Positions 36,111-50,058 of a stretch of 60,000 nucleotides of DNA are shown in pieces (the stretch's first letter is position 1; every line of letters starts with the position of its first letter). The notes under the pieces are model-generated. The model saw only the letters and a program-made list of their open reading frames with translations, searched no databases and was not told the origin of the DNA. The DNA comes from Malacoraja senta (lineage: Eukaryota), in the NCBI GenBank assembly GCA_038087875.1, contig CM075987.1, forward strand, positions 20,028,001-20,088,000. Reading direction: 5' to 3'. The position numbers and the translations under genes are program-made.

Positions 36111-38859
36111 TGTGTACACATTCTCTTTCTGGATTAACAACCTGCCTTTGGTAAACATTTTCAGGAGAGTTCAGTGGACCTCATTCTATCTCCCATCTTT
36201 TCAACTTTTCTTTCCAATTAACTAACACTGAAAAATATTTAATACCCTTAGCTTTCATAGGATGAAGAGTTTTCAAAGATTATATGAGAACTAAAGTTAT
36301 AGTAAATTGTTAATGATGATGATGGAAGTTAAATGACCACTATGAGGTGTTAAGAAGGTCCCACCCCAAAACCCGCCTATCCATGTCCTCCAGTGATGCT
36401 TCCGGACCCGCTAGGTTATTCTAACACTTTGTGTTTTAAATAACTGTGAAAGATATCTAATTGTAAAGTCAAAAAACAATAACTCTTTGAGGTGCTTCAG
36501 ACTATCTTATTGACTATTTAACTAAATGCACTTCAAAGAGCAGTTTTAGTGCTAGGCCTAATAAAGCTGAGAGGTTGTTTTGATAGTATTGAACTCTGTG
36601 TTTGTTTCATATTCCTCCATTACTTTAATGTTGGATTTAAATGTAAACCAATGGCAGAGAGATGTCAACGGTTAAGGGTTTCATCTGTTGGCTGTAACAA
36701 AATCATAAATATAACCAACAAAATCACATTTATTTCATTGCCTTAAAAGTTAAGATATTTTCCCTCCATAATGGCAAAACCTGCATTCAGTCATTGCCAG
36801 CTGCACATTCCAAACATTGTCACATGATTGTTCTATGATATAAGACTGGCATGCATCAGAAATCATTGGTGATCCTAAACATTTAGCTCATCTGGATTTT
36901 AATTGGAAGCCTCGCCGGATATTTGCAGGATTGAGCAAATAGATGCAGTTAGGAATGCAGAAACATTTCTTTGTAGAATCTAAAGTATATCTAACACATG
37001 AACAACAACGTATGCTTTGTTTCTCTTCCTGCCTAATCAACAGGCTGCATTCCAGTCTGATTAGTACTCTGCACTTCTATTTGCTTGGCACATTTTGGGG
37101 GACAATTTCTAAAGTCTTTCAGTTGTCACAATTATGTTGTAGCCCATTTGTAAAGTGCAGGTCCTGTCAAAATATTTACAAAATTAGCACCATTCATCAG
37201 GAAAGCTATCCAACTATGTTTAATGTTTGAAAATATTGGTATTTGGAAAGGTTGACATAGATTAGTAGTTAGTACAAAGGCAGTTTTCTAAAGAATACAC
37301 AGATAATGAAAAAAACAAATTTGTGGGTAGGAACATGGAGTATCTATGTGGGAAAAAGTAATGCATGCTATATTGTGGGCATATTTTTCTTTATGTATTT
37401 GTAAACAACATCATCTAAAGCAGAATATACAGCAACAGAAAAATAAATTCACATCAAACTGAATTTATATGGAGACAGTTGGGACCGCAATATGAAATAT
37501 CATGTCATGCGCTGGCCACAACTACTTGGTCAAGTGAATGCTCGAATGTGTTCAAATGATGTTTACACCTAATGGCAATTATTACTACTGCCATCTTTGA
37601 GGAGGAACAAGGATCTTCTGCTCATTTATTTCATCAAATAGAATTTCACAAAATATTAATGTCAGTAAATTTGCCCGCTTCAAGAAAAAGACGCAGGCAA
37701 ATTGAAGAGGAACAACCTGAAAAAGACAAATGAGAAAATGTATGCGAGTGCTTCACATCCTGACCAAAGTGGCTTCCCGAGCCAGTCCTATTTGCCTCAA
37801 CAGATCAATAGGCTAATGATCTATTGACCTCTATCAGGGAAAGTGGGGATTTGGCAGCCAGAAATTACAAGATCAACCATGATCTTATTGAATGTCAAGG
37901 GGGTTTAGGACTTGTTTCTTTAGTTGCATTACCAATATCCTCAGTTGCACAGTAATAAAATCTAAGTACATTACTACAGCTTTGACATGAATAATTGCAC
38001 AATCAAATCATTTATTTCTTATTAACTCACATATTAAATGCGGCAAATAAAATGAGTTGCAGGTGACATTTTACACTGGAGAGTAAATCTAGAATCACCC
38101 GAGTCATTGGTCATATAGTGAACATACAAAAAAAGAGAAGAACTGGATTTAACTCGGGTATTACTCCACAGTCTAAAATTTGATCCAGTTTGTTTTGTAA
38201 TTCAAATCAAAGAGGCGTCATGGTGCTCTCAAATCAAACAGAAAATAACCAACCCCCACAGTTTATATGAGCAGAAATGTTACCAATATTTGGCTGAAGA
38301 ATATTGATGTCTGCACGATGTAAATGTGAAGATTCTCCATTTTACTACATAAGAAGCGAAAGGTTATCAGCATCTCTAAAATAAAGAAAAAATGTATTAT
38401 TTTCAATTCTTTTTACATAATCATGGAATTCTCTGACTTAACCTTGGACACTTAGATTGTATAAATTCGTTGTAGTTTCTTCTGTGTGTCTCTTACAATG
38501 GCAACAACTGAGCTACAAGGCGTATAGAGTGTTTTCCACTATGTCACAAATTAACAAAAAATACCTTTTATAGAATGAAGAGGAAAAGCAATAAATGAAA
38601 GTATGTTTCATTAGTAAACACAACTGAACAGAGGAAGCTGACAAAACTGGAAAAAAATAAAGTAACTGATCACACCAAATTCAGTCCATCTTTCTCCATA
38701 GATATTACCTTTGTTGAATATTTCCAGCACTTCAGATTCCTATCAGTTTGCTCATGTAACATTTATTGCTGAATGAATATTGAGCCTGACCACTGGTGTA
38801 GTTAAGCTGTTTAATCTGAAATTGTCAATGCCAGGGAATATGATGAAATCTGGAGAAAA

Positions 38860-39040
38860 ATGGAGCTGCAGATGCTGGTTTACACAAAAGGAAATGTACT
38901 GGAATTACACAGCAGGTTAGGCAGCATCTCTGGAAAACATGGATAGGTGGAGTTTTGGGTCGGGACCAGTCTTTCTCGAAATGCCACCTATCCATGTTCT
39001 CCAGAGATTTCCCTGTTGACTTACACTAGTACTTTGTGCC
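38860..39040. mobile_element. Penelope-derived palindromic module, degraded
   Basis: gcagcatctctggaaaacatggataggtgg...gggtcgggacc / cgaaatgccacctatccatgttctccagagat. Confidence 0.65.
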
Positions 39041-40141
39041 TCATTACGATGAAAGCTGGAACTGGAGGAATGACTGGAAAAGCTGAAAATGAGATCAAAT
39101 AAAAAGCTATTTGGCAGGGCAGGAGGGGGTGAAAGGTTGGTCTGAATTGATCTGGTCAGCATCTCCTTGTCAATTCTGATTTTTATTGGAGTCAAACCAG
39201 GAGGGAAGGTGAGGTTTATGCATCAATTAACCCATATGTAATTGTAATTAATTCATTAGCCAAGTATGTAAACATATGCTGACTGCCTCTTCCATTAGGA
39301 AAGCCACACAAGGGGATGTTAGACATTGTGACAAGTTAGACGTGCAACAATAAATTCACTTTCAAACAGCTGAAAGGCCCGTGATTTTCTTTTCGATTGA
39401 GTGATTCATTTATACTGTAATGTGAGGTTTTTTTTAAAACTGAAATCTGTTTCATGTAAAGTAAACTTCCCTCATTTCACAGGGAAGAAATAAGTTACAT
39501 GGGTTTCAAAAACAAATCCAAAATATACTTGAAATTAGTTTTGAGCAGATTCTGAGATGAAGCAATTTTAAAAGTTCAGCTCCTTCTAAGAATATTACTA
39601 TTTGAATAATCTTACAGCGCAATCATTCACAGGATGAATCTGTAATTTCAGCAACTTGAAAAAAAAAAATTCCCCCTGTTTCTACTCTGAATGATGCAGC
39701 CTAGGCAGGGGTGGGGATGATGATGTGATAGTTACTGGAATTAATTCAAGAATGTGCTTCTTCCTTCACTAATCTAATCTTTAATGAAGCATGTCAGGTT
39801 GAGTAAACTTGTTAGAATTCATTTTTAGCTAATTGGCCGAGTCCTGCTGCTTCTGTCCAATCAATTTATGGCGATGTGTATCACACACTTGAGTCTCTAG
39901 TGGTTATGTTGTGTGTCAGTCTGAGGAAGAAAGGGCAAAGTGATTACCAACAGTGTCAGCCCAGGAAAGGGATTGCTGCATTGTTTGCAACTGTACCTAT
40001 TAATCTTGTTTTGTTGTTGGCAATATGGGAATATTTTACAATAATTTACTTCTTTACAAATTAATATTTAATTCATTGTATTATTCTTCTCTTTACTGCC
40101 TTCCAAAGTAAGCAATGTCACCAGCCAACAAAAGACAGACA

Positions 40142-41166
40142 TCTATATATTACTAAAACTCTCATCTTGTTTGTTAGTATGTCTGTGATTCTGTCTGTCT
40201 GTGCTGAGTGTGATCCTGAAATTACAGCAAAATGGTACACGATAGCGCTACAATTTTTGGACCACCTTACTCACCATTGCCCTGTGGTGTGGTGTATCAA
40301 AGTTACATTCAGATTGATGGTATATTTTACAAGTTATTCACATTTTTAACTTTACAAAATCCAGTTTGAGAAAAATCACTTGAAGTTGCAGTGGCAGTTA
40401 GCAGCTATGTTGTCACAATGGGATCTGATTTACATATTTAAAAAACAGCAGCTTCCATCTCACAATGATGTCAAGGGGGTAGGGAGGGAATGACTGAGGG
40501 TAGGGAGTGACTGAGGGTAGGGGAGAGGAGAGGGAGAGGTGAGGGAGGGAGTGGAAGAGGGGAGAATGAGAGGGGAGAGAAGATGGAGGGTGATGAAGAG
40601 GGGAAGGGAGTGTTGGGGATGAGGGGAAATGAGCCGCGCCTGCTCAGTTGGGGGCTATGGGTGAGTGGTGAAATATTGCATTGGGGAAACGGGTTGCGTT
40701 GGGGGAACGGGTGAGTGGTGGAAATGGGTTGCGTTGGGGGAACGGGTGAGTGGTGGAATATTGCGTTGGGGGGGACAGTGCCCAATGGGTCAGGGGGTAG
40801 GGAGGGGAGAGGGGTTATGCAGGGAGGGAGGGAGTGACTGAGGGTAGGGAGCGACTGAGGGAAGGGGAAAGGAGAGGGAGGGAGAGAGAGAGTGGAGGAG
40901 GAAGGAAGTGTCTGAGGGTAGGGGAAAGGAGTGGGAGGGAGAGGTGAGGGAGGGAGTGGAGGGTGAGAGGGGAGAGAAGAGGGAGGGTGAAGAGGAGGGG
41001 GAGGGAGTGTTGGGAAATGAGGGGAAGTGAGCAACGCCTGCGTAGTTGGGGGCTATGGGTGAGTGGTGGAATATTGCGTTGGGGGAACGGGTTGTATTGG
41101 AGGAACAGGTGAGTGGTGGAATATTGCGTTGGGGGAACGGGGCCCAACGGGTCCCACTTGTTCTAG
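40142..41166 (+). mobile_element. Full-length non-autonomous Helitron with internal G-rich tandem duplication
   Basis: Inserted between A (40141) and T (41167); 5' TC, 3' CTAG; subterminal hairpin ggggccc-aac-gggtccc (41139-41155); no TSD. Confidence 0.85.
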
Positions 41167-44100
41167 TTTTAACTAAATATGTAATTGTGATTAAGATGTT
41201 ATGTTGGTATCGTATTTTTGTTTGCATATTGCATTTTTCTGAAGAAATCAAGGTGTTTCACAAACATTGAGAAAGTGAATCACAAGACATAATTATCTTT
41301 TTTTTTGTCACAATCTTGACAATGACTTTATCATAAGTACAAACTTACAAACAGCTGCAGAGTATAACCAAATGGTGATTATTTTAATGCAAGTCAGATA
41401 CGGGATTAGTAAATTTATCCTGCAATGCATCAGTGTGAGAGAATAAGTTTAGAGCACAGGGAGCAGTGGAGCCATATGAGTTGCGATAATCTGTGCCATC
41501 TTGTCCAAGATGTTCTGAAGATGTGGTGAAGTAGCCATAACGGAATGGTATTAACTGTGCACTCATCGATACTTTGTTTCCAGCATCGCATGTTGCATTG
41601 TTCCATTTGTCTATCAATCAAAGACTTGCATTGGCTCAAATTTAACATTCCTGTCTTTGTGTTAAAATGACTTAATTGACTCCATCAGACAACAGCTCCT
41701 CCAAGCCAAACCTCAGCTATCGCCATTGTAGTCTCCAGTTCGCTCTGCCCTCACACCCTATAGCCCTCCAAATAATTTTTCAGCCTATCTCACCCCCGCG
41801 GCTTTGGTTTTACTATTGATGCAAGGCCCATCAACCACCTGAGCACCTCAATGGAATTCTAGAAATAAAAGGAATTCATTGATGTCCTTAGGCAAGAACC
41901 CAGTAGTATCCATGTTATCGTGGTTCATTCTTTTACTGCACCTGTTGACCTGCATTGTTGCATCAATTTCAGAATCCTTGTTCTTAACATATTCTTTCAT
42001 AATCAGTACTTTGCCTTACGACCATATATGCTCTGTACTGGAACATAGAAATCATTATACTGGCTTGGCTCAGGTTTGCAATTATTTGAGACTTTCAGTG
42101 AATGAATTACCTTGTATTATTTGAGAGCTATTTCCCATAATAAAAAAACTCATTTATTTTCACTGAGTTTCTGAACACATATACTGTAGATCATGGTTGC
42201 CAAAAATGTATTGTTATCTATGGACATTTTCCAAGCCATTTTCTACAACAATTTGCAGTTAAACATTGTTTGTCAGCAGCTGGGAAAGTGTATGAGAATC
42301 TGCAATAAAAGTTGAAATTAAAAGAACCAGATTCATTCTGCAATCTTAGATCCAAAGGTTTGCAACACAGAAGAAAACCATTCAGTCTATCATGTCTATG
42401 CTGCTTAAATAAAGGGCCATTTAGGCCTATTCCACATTTCAGCTTTTTGCCATAATGTTGTAAGTAACTGCCCTTCAGGTTTTTATCCAGATACTTTTGC
42501 CACCAATATTGTTTTCGTATGTGAGTTCCAAAGCTCCACACAGCCATCTAATTCTTCGTAGAATTACATTCAATTCATGTCTCCTAATTACTGAAGTTTC
42601 TACAATAAAAATTGCACGATCCCGATTAATCTTACCATGACCTCATAATTTCATACACCTCACTTAAACCTCCCCCATAATTCCAAAATAACCCCAACCT
42701 GATCTCTCCTTAAAAGTACATTTCTCCAATTCAAGCAATATCCTCTTAATCTTCTCTGTTCAACTACCTGTTCCATCATATTTTTCACTGTATTACGGTC
42801 TAAATAAAGTTCAATGTAGCATTTTTAGTATGATCACACTGCTCTTATATTCTACATTTTAGTCAATAAATCATGTCTTAAATGTTACTAGAATATTTTA
42901 AATTCAATTATATGGAGTTTTTTTTTGAAAATACAGTAATAGAGCCCTAGATCCCCTAAGGGCCTGGAACGCATTGTCAGGGGTGGTGGTAGAGACAGAT
43001 ATGATAGTGGCATTTAAGAAGCTTTTGGACAGGCACATGAAAATGCAGGGCATAAAGGGATATGGATCACGATCAGATGAGATCAGTTCAGCAAGGCATC
43101 ACGTTCAGCACATACGTTGGCCGAAGAGCCCATTCCTGATCTATGTTCCATCTCTTCCGATATGTTTGTGACACTATCAAATGATCAGTGGGCTCGAGCA
43201 ACCTATGGGAATCTCATGTGAATGCAGAAGTGATGATAATTATTTGATTTTGAGTTTATTCTTATTAATTTGCTTAAAATTTGATTTGATATATTTCATA
43301 ATGATCAGATAGGTTAAATCTAAATAGGTATAATTTAGTTTCTTATCTATTGGCAAATGGATAAAACTTTATACTTTGAATATCAGTTTCAGATTTTAAG
43401 TAAACAAGCACAAGCAATCCATCACAACTGCTTGAAATGAAAAACTAATTCATATTCCTTAATCCATCTCAGAGAAGAGAAACACATGGATGGAAAATGA
43501 AAATATACTGTTGTTGTTCAGTAAAGGCACAATGGTCTTGTTCACAAACCTTGTATTCAGCCAAAGATATAATTTCATTTTTTATGAAAATTAGAGTATT
43601 TTGCAAGGAGATCTGCAATAGACATCTGGAGAGGAAGTGGAGAAAACTGCCTTCTTGCCGTTTTATGAATTTTTTTGTGATAAGTTCCCTTTGTTGAGAT
43701 TGTTTATTGTGGCTCGAAGTTGTGACATGGTTCAAACTGGAGTACATCATGCTGAGGTTAAGAGATACAAACATTTTTATATACTTTTGGAAAAACCTAG
43801 GACAAGAGGATATAACCTTAAAATTAGAGCCAGGCCTTTCAGAAGAGTAATTAGTAACCACTTCTTTAATCAGAAAAGTGGAAGATGTTTGGAAATAATT
43901 CTGGCAAAAGGTTGCAAGAGCAGGCTCAAAGAACAGTTTTAAGACTCGTATTTTCACAACCACGAGTTTTAAATAATATGGAGCCACAACGGATAAATGA
44001 AGTTAGAATACGAAGCAGTTTCAACCTTAGTAAGAATGCTTGAAAGCTGAATTACATTGAATTCTCCATTTTTAAGTAACACTACCCCATCCCCCACTCT

Positions 44101-45789
44101 CTCTTTTTAATTCTTGTGCACCTGCAACCCCGGTGTGTACCCATTTCTTCCAGTATCCAAAACCTGTCTTCCCATTTTCTTCCACCTATATCCCTCCTTT
44201 TGGTTTTGCATTTCCCTCCTATTCTCTCCTTATCTGACATAATTTTGTCGCATTTTCACCTCTAGTCTTTGTCACTTATTCATTTATTTTCCTTTCTTGT
44301 TGAGTGACTTTACAAGTACTACCAATGCTGTGTCAGTCAGATCTACAGGAAATCATCAGGCCCATATAAGATTACCATCTAGAGGACAGTAAATGAGATG
44401 CCCCAATTGTCTTTATAAACAGTCCAATAATGAAGAAAATGTAAAATGACTTAACTTCCAATTTCTCCTCACATCAAAAATAATAACATGTGCAAATGAT
44501 GTAACATAGATTTATTTGTATTGCTTGAGGGGGCAATTCCAGTAGTCAAAATAAATCAGTGCACAAATGAATTCTCAAATTTGGTACTTCACAAATTTAT
44601 TTTCTCATAATTCAGTAATATCACTTACAATTCTGTGCTTTTCCTTTCATTACTTTAGTTCCAACATGCTGTCACTGCATATATGTTTTAAAAAAAAGAG
44701 GAGCTAAACTGTGGACTTGTGGGGGGGGGGAGCTAAACCCCCCGTCACCCCTCCATTTGTCTCCGTAATTCTGGCAGTCTTTTTCAATCACCCATACCAA
44801 AAAAATACAGATAGTTTCTTCTCCCTGCATGTTTTTCTCCATAAATCTGGCAACTTCCTTTCCTTTGAGCTTGTCTGTATGATTCCAGAATTCCAGATAA
44901 AGAACAATTGAGCTTAAATATAATAATACAAACCCAAACAATTTAAGCCTTCACATTGTTTGCTTTTGATGTCAAGATGTATTTCTGCTATCACTATTCA
45001 TTGTGATGTAATTGAGGATCAAGTGTGTGAAATTGTACTTTGCTTATTACCTCTTCTCGCTACCAAAAAAAAAGCTTACATTCGCGCGCACTAAAAACTA
45101 CAATAAAAGCCTTCAATTATGTTAAATATGTTTGTTACAAGTTCAAGGCACGGCAAAAGAAGAGATTTCTCTAGAACAGGTAGTTTGTCTTTCAAAGGTC
45201 AAAAGATGACATCTGTATAAATTCTTCTATTTACAAACCTGGTAGAGTTATTTATGACCCAATTTGAAAACCCAAAAGTATCCCTTAAATTTTCAGCTCC
45301 GTTCACTGTGTATTCACGCTTCTACATTTGTTTCTTTCTGTTGATGCATTAGACCTGTGGTGTATATTTTCAAGAAGTGTATGTTAGGATATGTGACAAT
45401 TCTGCTCAGATTCATTCTGGTAAATTTCTACATTTTAAATTTCCCCAGATTCGGGAATGAGTGCAAGTACTACAACTTTCTTTTTTATTCTATTCAAAAT
45501 AACGCCAAAAAAATCACATGCATGACCTCAGATAACAGCAAGTTTGATTTGTTTGTACATAATCAAATTGACATCTGGTCTATACAGTTACTGATTTACA
45601 GTATGCCAATAGGGTTTTATCTAATGCTTTCATACTTTGGAGGTTAAGTTACTCTAGATACTTATTATTTAGTTTACCTATTTAAAGTTACAATGCATTT
45701 TTAACCTCTTACTCAGAAAGACTGCTTCCAGTTCAGACTACTTCATAAATTGAATTCCTACATCACAAGAATTTGTCATATTTCTAAAG

Positions 45790-46014
45790 CACTTTAACTC
45801 TATCCTGCACACTAGGGGCAATTTACAAACACCAATTAACCTACAAACCTGTATATCTTTGGAATGTGGGAGGAAGCAAGAGTACCCGGAGAAAACCCAC
45901 GTGATCACAGCGAGAACATATAAACTCCATACAGACAGTACTCATAGTCAGGATCTAACCTAGATCTCTAGTGCTGTAAGGCACCAACTCTATCGCTGCT
46001 TCACTGTGCTGCCC
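45790..46014 (-). mobile_element. V-SINE (HE1-like)
   Basis: attaacctacaaacctgtatatctttggaatgtgggagg...gagaaaacccacg...gtgctgtaaggc. Confidence 0.8.
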
Positions 46015-47124
46015 CATTGTACCTTGGGAAATTTCTATTGTTCACTTCATTGCACCAATACACTTTGGTACTGAAAATCCTTTCAGTATATTTAATGTTA
46101 GTGTGATATTGATTGCATTTTTGTAATTTGTAAAAAAAAATGGATTGCTGTATGTTTCTAATTTGGAGTTTCTGGACCATTAAATATAGGAAAAGACAGG
46201 AGTTCGTATGATTTGTAAACCATTTTGTCAAATGATGAGTTTAAGGTTTTAGAGTCATAGAAGTGTAAGGCAGGAAACAGGCCCTTGGCCCGCCTTGTCC
46301 CTGCCAAACAAATTGGCATATTGGGCGAATCCCATTTGTCTGGATCTGATCCATGTCCCTCTGAACCCTTGCTTTCCATACATGTGTCCAAATGTCTTTT
46401 AAAAGTCATTTTATATCTTTGTTCTGAATTGTTTCTTTAAAAAACCTGAGAACCTTTAAAAAGTAGAATATATTATTTGTAGAATATGTAAAATTTCCAG
46501 GAGATATGGTTTCATAAAATTATGTAAGTCATCATCTAAATAAAAAAATACAAAACACATGCTGCAAAACCCAAAGACACAGGAACTGAAGATAATTTGC
46601 AGCTTACAGAAAGTATTTGCAGTGATTTAAATTCCTTGTGCTCTGAATATAAAATATATATTTTATTTTTGTCTGCTGACTTATAAAATTAAAATTGTAA
46701 AATACAGTCCATTAGTGTGACGGTTGTATAAAACTGAACCTACAACAGTCTTCATTCATATTATTGTCAGACAGAGGATTTCTTGTTAGGCAGTGTGCTT
46801 AGATTTTGGTGCAAATTTTCACTGATCCCTTCAAAGGATTTAACTGTTTAATCAGGTCACAGAATTAAATGCTATTCAGATTACGGATAAAATTCTGTCA
46901 AACAATAAACTAAGTTGGCAAAAGAGTGGGAGGAAAAAGAGAACTAAGCAGCAAAAACAAAACCAGTAGATCATCCTGGATGTTCTACAAATCGGGAATG
47001 GAAAAGGAATATGGGAAGAAACAGAGTAAGAATCTAAGCACAAAATTGATTCTGTGCAGGGGCTAAAGTTGGGAGAAGTGCAAGAGAGACACCTGCTGTT
47101 CAAATCATCCTCTCTGTCTTTCAG

Positions 47125-47178
47125 GGTGCAAGAGGTTCTGATGGTCCTACAGGGGAGCCAGGGTCATCAGGTGTCAAG
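47125..47178 (+). CDS. Collagen exon E, GARGSDGPTGEPGSSGVK
   Basis: 54 bp, tctttcag acceptor, gtatgt donor, phase 0. Confidence 0.94.
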
Positions 47179-47745
47179 GTATGTAATGACAAGATTAGTT
47201 TGTCAGGGGCAGCCCAGTCTGCACTTAATAATCTTTCATTTAGCATTTAATTTACAAATTTTCATTCAATATTTTATCTTCAAAGTAGAGTTAATAAAAT
47301 TTAGAATATCTTTCAACTTCATTTTACTGTTTACTCATTGGTTTCAAAAATGTTTTAAAGATTCCTTTCAGTATCTGTTACTTTAGTTTAACCTCTCCAG
47401 TGATGCTCATCATGTGAAAGGAACAGGCTATTAATGATCAATGATATTATGCCGTAGCCATGAAACAAGAGTTTTCTTTCTGCAAAAGATGTTAGATATA
47501 TTTGGGAGCATACCACAAGTAAATTATAGCCCGCAGTGTGTTCACAAATAAATATTAGTAATACCTCTCATGAAAGTTAACTTAATGAAGGGATTTACCA
47601 TTCAGCATAACAGTTGCCTTCAAGGTGTTCGTGGATAAACAAGCCTTCTACTCTATAATTTGCTGTGCTGTTGAAGTTAGGAATATCTTTAAAACATGGT
47701 TGCCTTAAGGTTAATTTTATTAATTTTGTTTCTTAACGATGACAG

Positions 47746-47790
47746 GGATCTGTAGGGGACCCTGGGCGTACGGGACCAGATGGACAGAAG
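47746..47790 (+). CDS. Collagen exon F, GSVGDPGRTGPDGQK
   Basis: 45 bp, gacag acceptor, gtatgt donor, phase 0. Confidence 0.92.
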
Positions 47791-47913
47791 GTATGTGAAG
47801 CCAAAGAAGGAACACAATATTTTGTGTCTCTTTAATTTATCCACAGTATGTAATTATTTATCTGCCAAACACTTTAACGTATAAATTGGTTGATATCGAT
47901 GTTTGATTTGCAG

Positions 47914-47958
47914 GGGAAAAGTGGAGAATCAGGAAAACCAGGACCACCCGGATTTCTA
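47914..47958 (+). CDS. Collagen exon G, GKSGESGKPGPPGFL
   Basis: 45 bp, tttgcag acceptor, gtatgt donor, phase 0. Confidence 0.92.
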
Positions 47959-50000
47959 GTATGTATTTGAAGTTTTTAAATAACAATTTACGAACCAACA
48001 AAAATGATGTTAATATAAAAACATTTACCTTGAGATTTAACGGTCCTGAGAAAACATCCTGTAATGTTCGCAAAGTTCTTAACCTTTAACTAAGAAGGAG
48101 CATGCTGAACAATTAACAGTACAATTACATGACTGAGACATATTTGATAAAATATGGAATTGTTACTTTAGAATATTATGAAGTTGAATTTGTCAATTAT
48201 CAGAATGAACCTGGAAAACACTGGTGGAGGAGGTTTATGGGGGATGACACTTGTTGGTAGACACAAGGAACTGCAGATGCTGGTTTACAAAAAATGAAAT
48301 GAGGTGCTGACCGCTCAGTTACTCCAGCACTTTGTGACCCTCGTTGGTGGTTGTTTCCACCCAAATTCAATTCAATTGTGCGATGCATGTCGTGAATAAG
48401 AAACATGTCAAACAGTCCGCTCGGGGAGTATAAAGATTAGCACTTCTAAATACAATTTTAACAAAGAACATAGTCTCGACAGTGGCCTGGCTAATATATA
48501 TACTTCAAATATTCTAATTAAAACATATTACATGGCCATTAACTTATTGCTGTTTATGGGACCACATAATTTGCCAATTGACTGCAGTATTTTCCTACAA
48601 TATCTACATTACAAAATATCGTTCATTGATGATTCAGGTTGTTCCCAGTTTACAAAATGCTTGACTTATGTAAAGCCTGTATATACAACCGAGCCACGAA
48701 GATGGATTTTCCAGTTGCTACGGGGCTGCAAGCAGCTGTTCTTGACACAAGTCTTAACTTTGCCACATCGAACCCAGGAAGAATACATTTGAGTTAACAT
48801 GTTGCTGTGCATTTGTGAATCCCATCTCGATATACAAAATCCAATCCAGTGCCCTTTTTAAAGCCATCAATAGCATTCAAAACCTCATCTGCAGTCAAAT
48901 CTTTAAAAATAATATCATTATATTATTACTACAATAATGTCATTTTTTAATATCAGCTTTATAATAAAGGATAGCTAAACAAAATTTAAAATGGTTCTCC
49001 AGACTATTCTGATCAGCCAACCCACCTCTGCAGGCAATGTGGGAACTTGGTCACGGGCACATATTGAACCTGTGAACTGTTTGAGTTACGATCAGTTCTC
49101 AGGAACATGTGCCAGGAGTAAATACAATTTATTTTGCTTCTTGGTTCCATGTTACTCCATACTCATGAAAGAGTTAAGTAAACCACAGCGAGTCTGGTAT
49201 CGTCTCTTGAAAAAAACTTTATACCAGGTAGCTACCAGGGGAGTCAATTGGCCAAGAACACCAGGTTCTCCAAACTACAGTGCAAACCTTCTTGTCTAGG
49301 CTTTCTTATGTATGGTAAGTAGGAACAAATGAATATGCAAGCTTAGGTAGAATATTTAATTTGTATTCAGCAGCATTATCGCGTCACCTGCTACATGTTC
49401 ACCATAGTTAACCATCTTGGCCAAATATGGGTGATCATTTACACACTTCATGTTATATCATGCAAACAGCAAAGGCCATCATTTCCTTTCAAGTACATTC
49501 TATTTGTTCTGGGGAGGGACAAATCTGGGGAATGGGCAGGTAACAATTACGATTTGGAACCTCCTTCAGACTGATCCCGATATCTGATGGTTTCCGACCC
49601 GAAAAGTAGCCTGTCCATTCCCTCACCTGACTGAGCTGCAGAGTTCCTCCTGCACTTTGTGTTTTGCACAAGGTTCCAGCATCTGCAGTCTCTTGCATTT
49701 CAACATCCTGTTTATCTTGTGTATGAGGTGGTTGCCTTGACTATGCCTTAGCTGGGGTTATTTCAGTTCATGTGGAAGTCCTGTGAAAAGCACAGAAAGG
49801 TTCAATCTGAACCTCTCTGGTCACTCTGTCCATGTGGGGCTCCAGAACTACTTCAAGCGGTATACCCTGCATTTACATTAATCACCACCTCTTCACTGAC
49901 TTGCTTACTCAGATATACTTATTGCCCTGGACTTGGGGTGCTTGCTTGAGGATTCCCCCCATCCTCCCAAAAAACAAGCTATCCCAAGCTGTGATGAGGT

Positions 50001-50058
50001 TCATATCTGAAAGCCATATCTTGAAATTCATATCTTGAAAGTCATATCTTGAAATTCA
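50001..50058. repeat. Short tandem repeat, ~4 x 14 bp (TCATATCTTGAAAK)
   Basis: tcatatctgaaag ccatatcttgaaat tcatatcttgaaag tcatatcttgaaat tca. Confidence 0.75.

Noticed and set aside
40471..41251. Pro/Ser-rich ORFs up to 187 aa, and a repeat array superficially like CRISPR
   Set aside because: Translation of the G-rich Helitron repeats; no unique spacers, no cas genes, eukaryotic intron
49300..49314. Possible 15-nt micro-exon (ctag|gctttcttatgtatg|gtaagt)
   Set aside because: Encodes AFLCM, not Gly-X-Y; exons G and H already join in register with known clade C collagens; no transcript evidence
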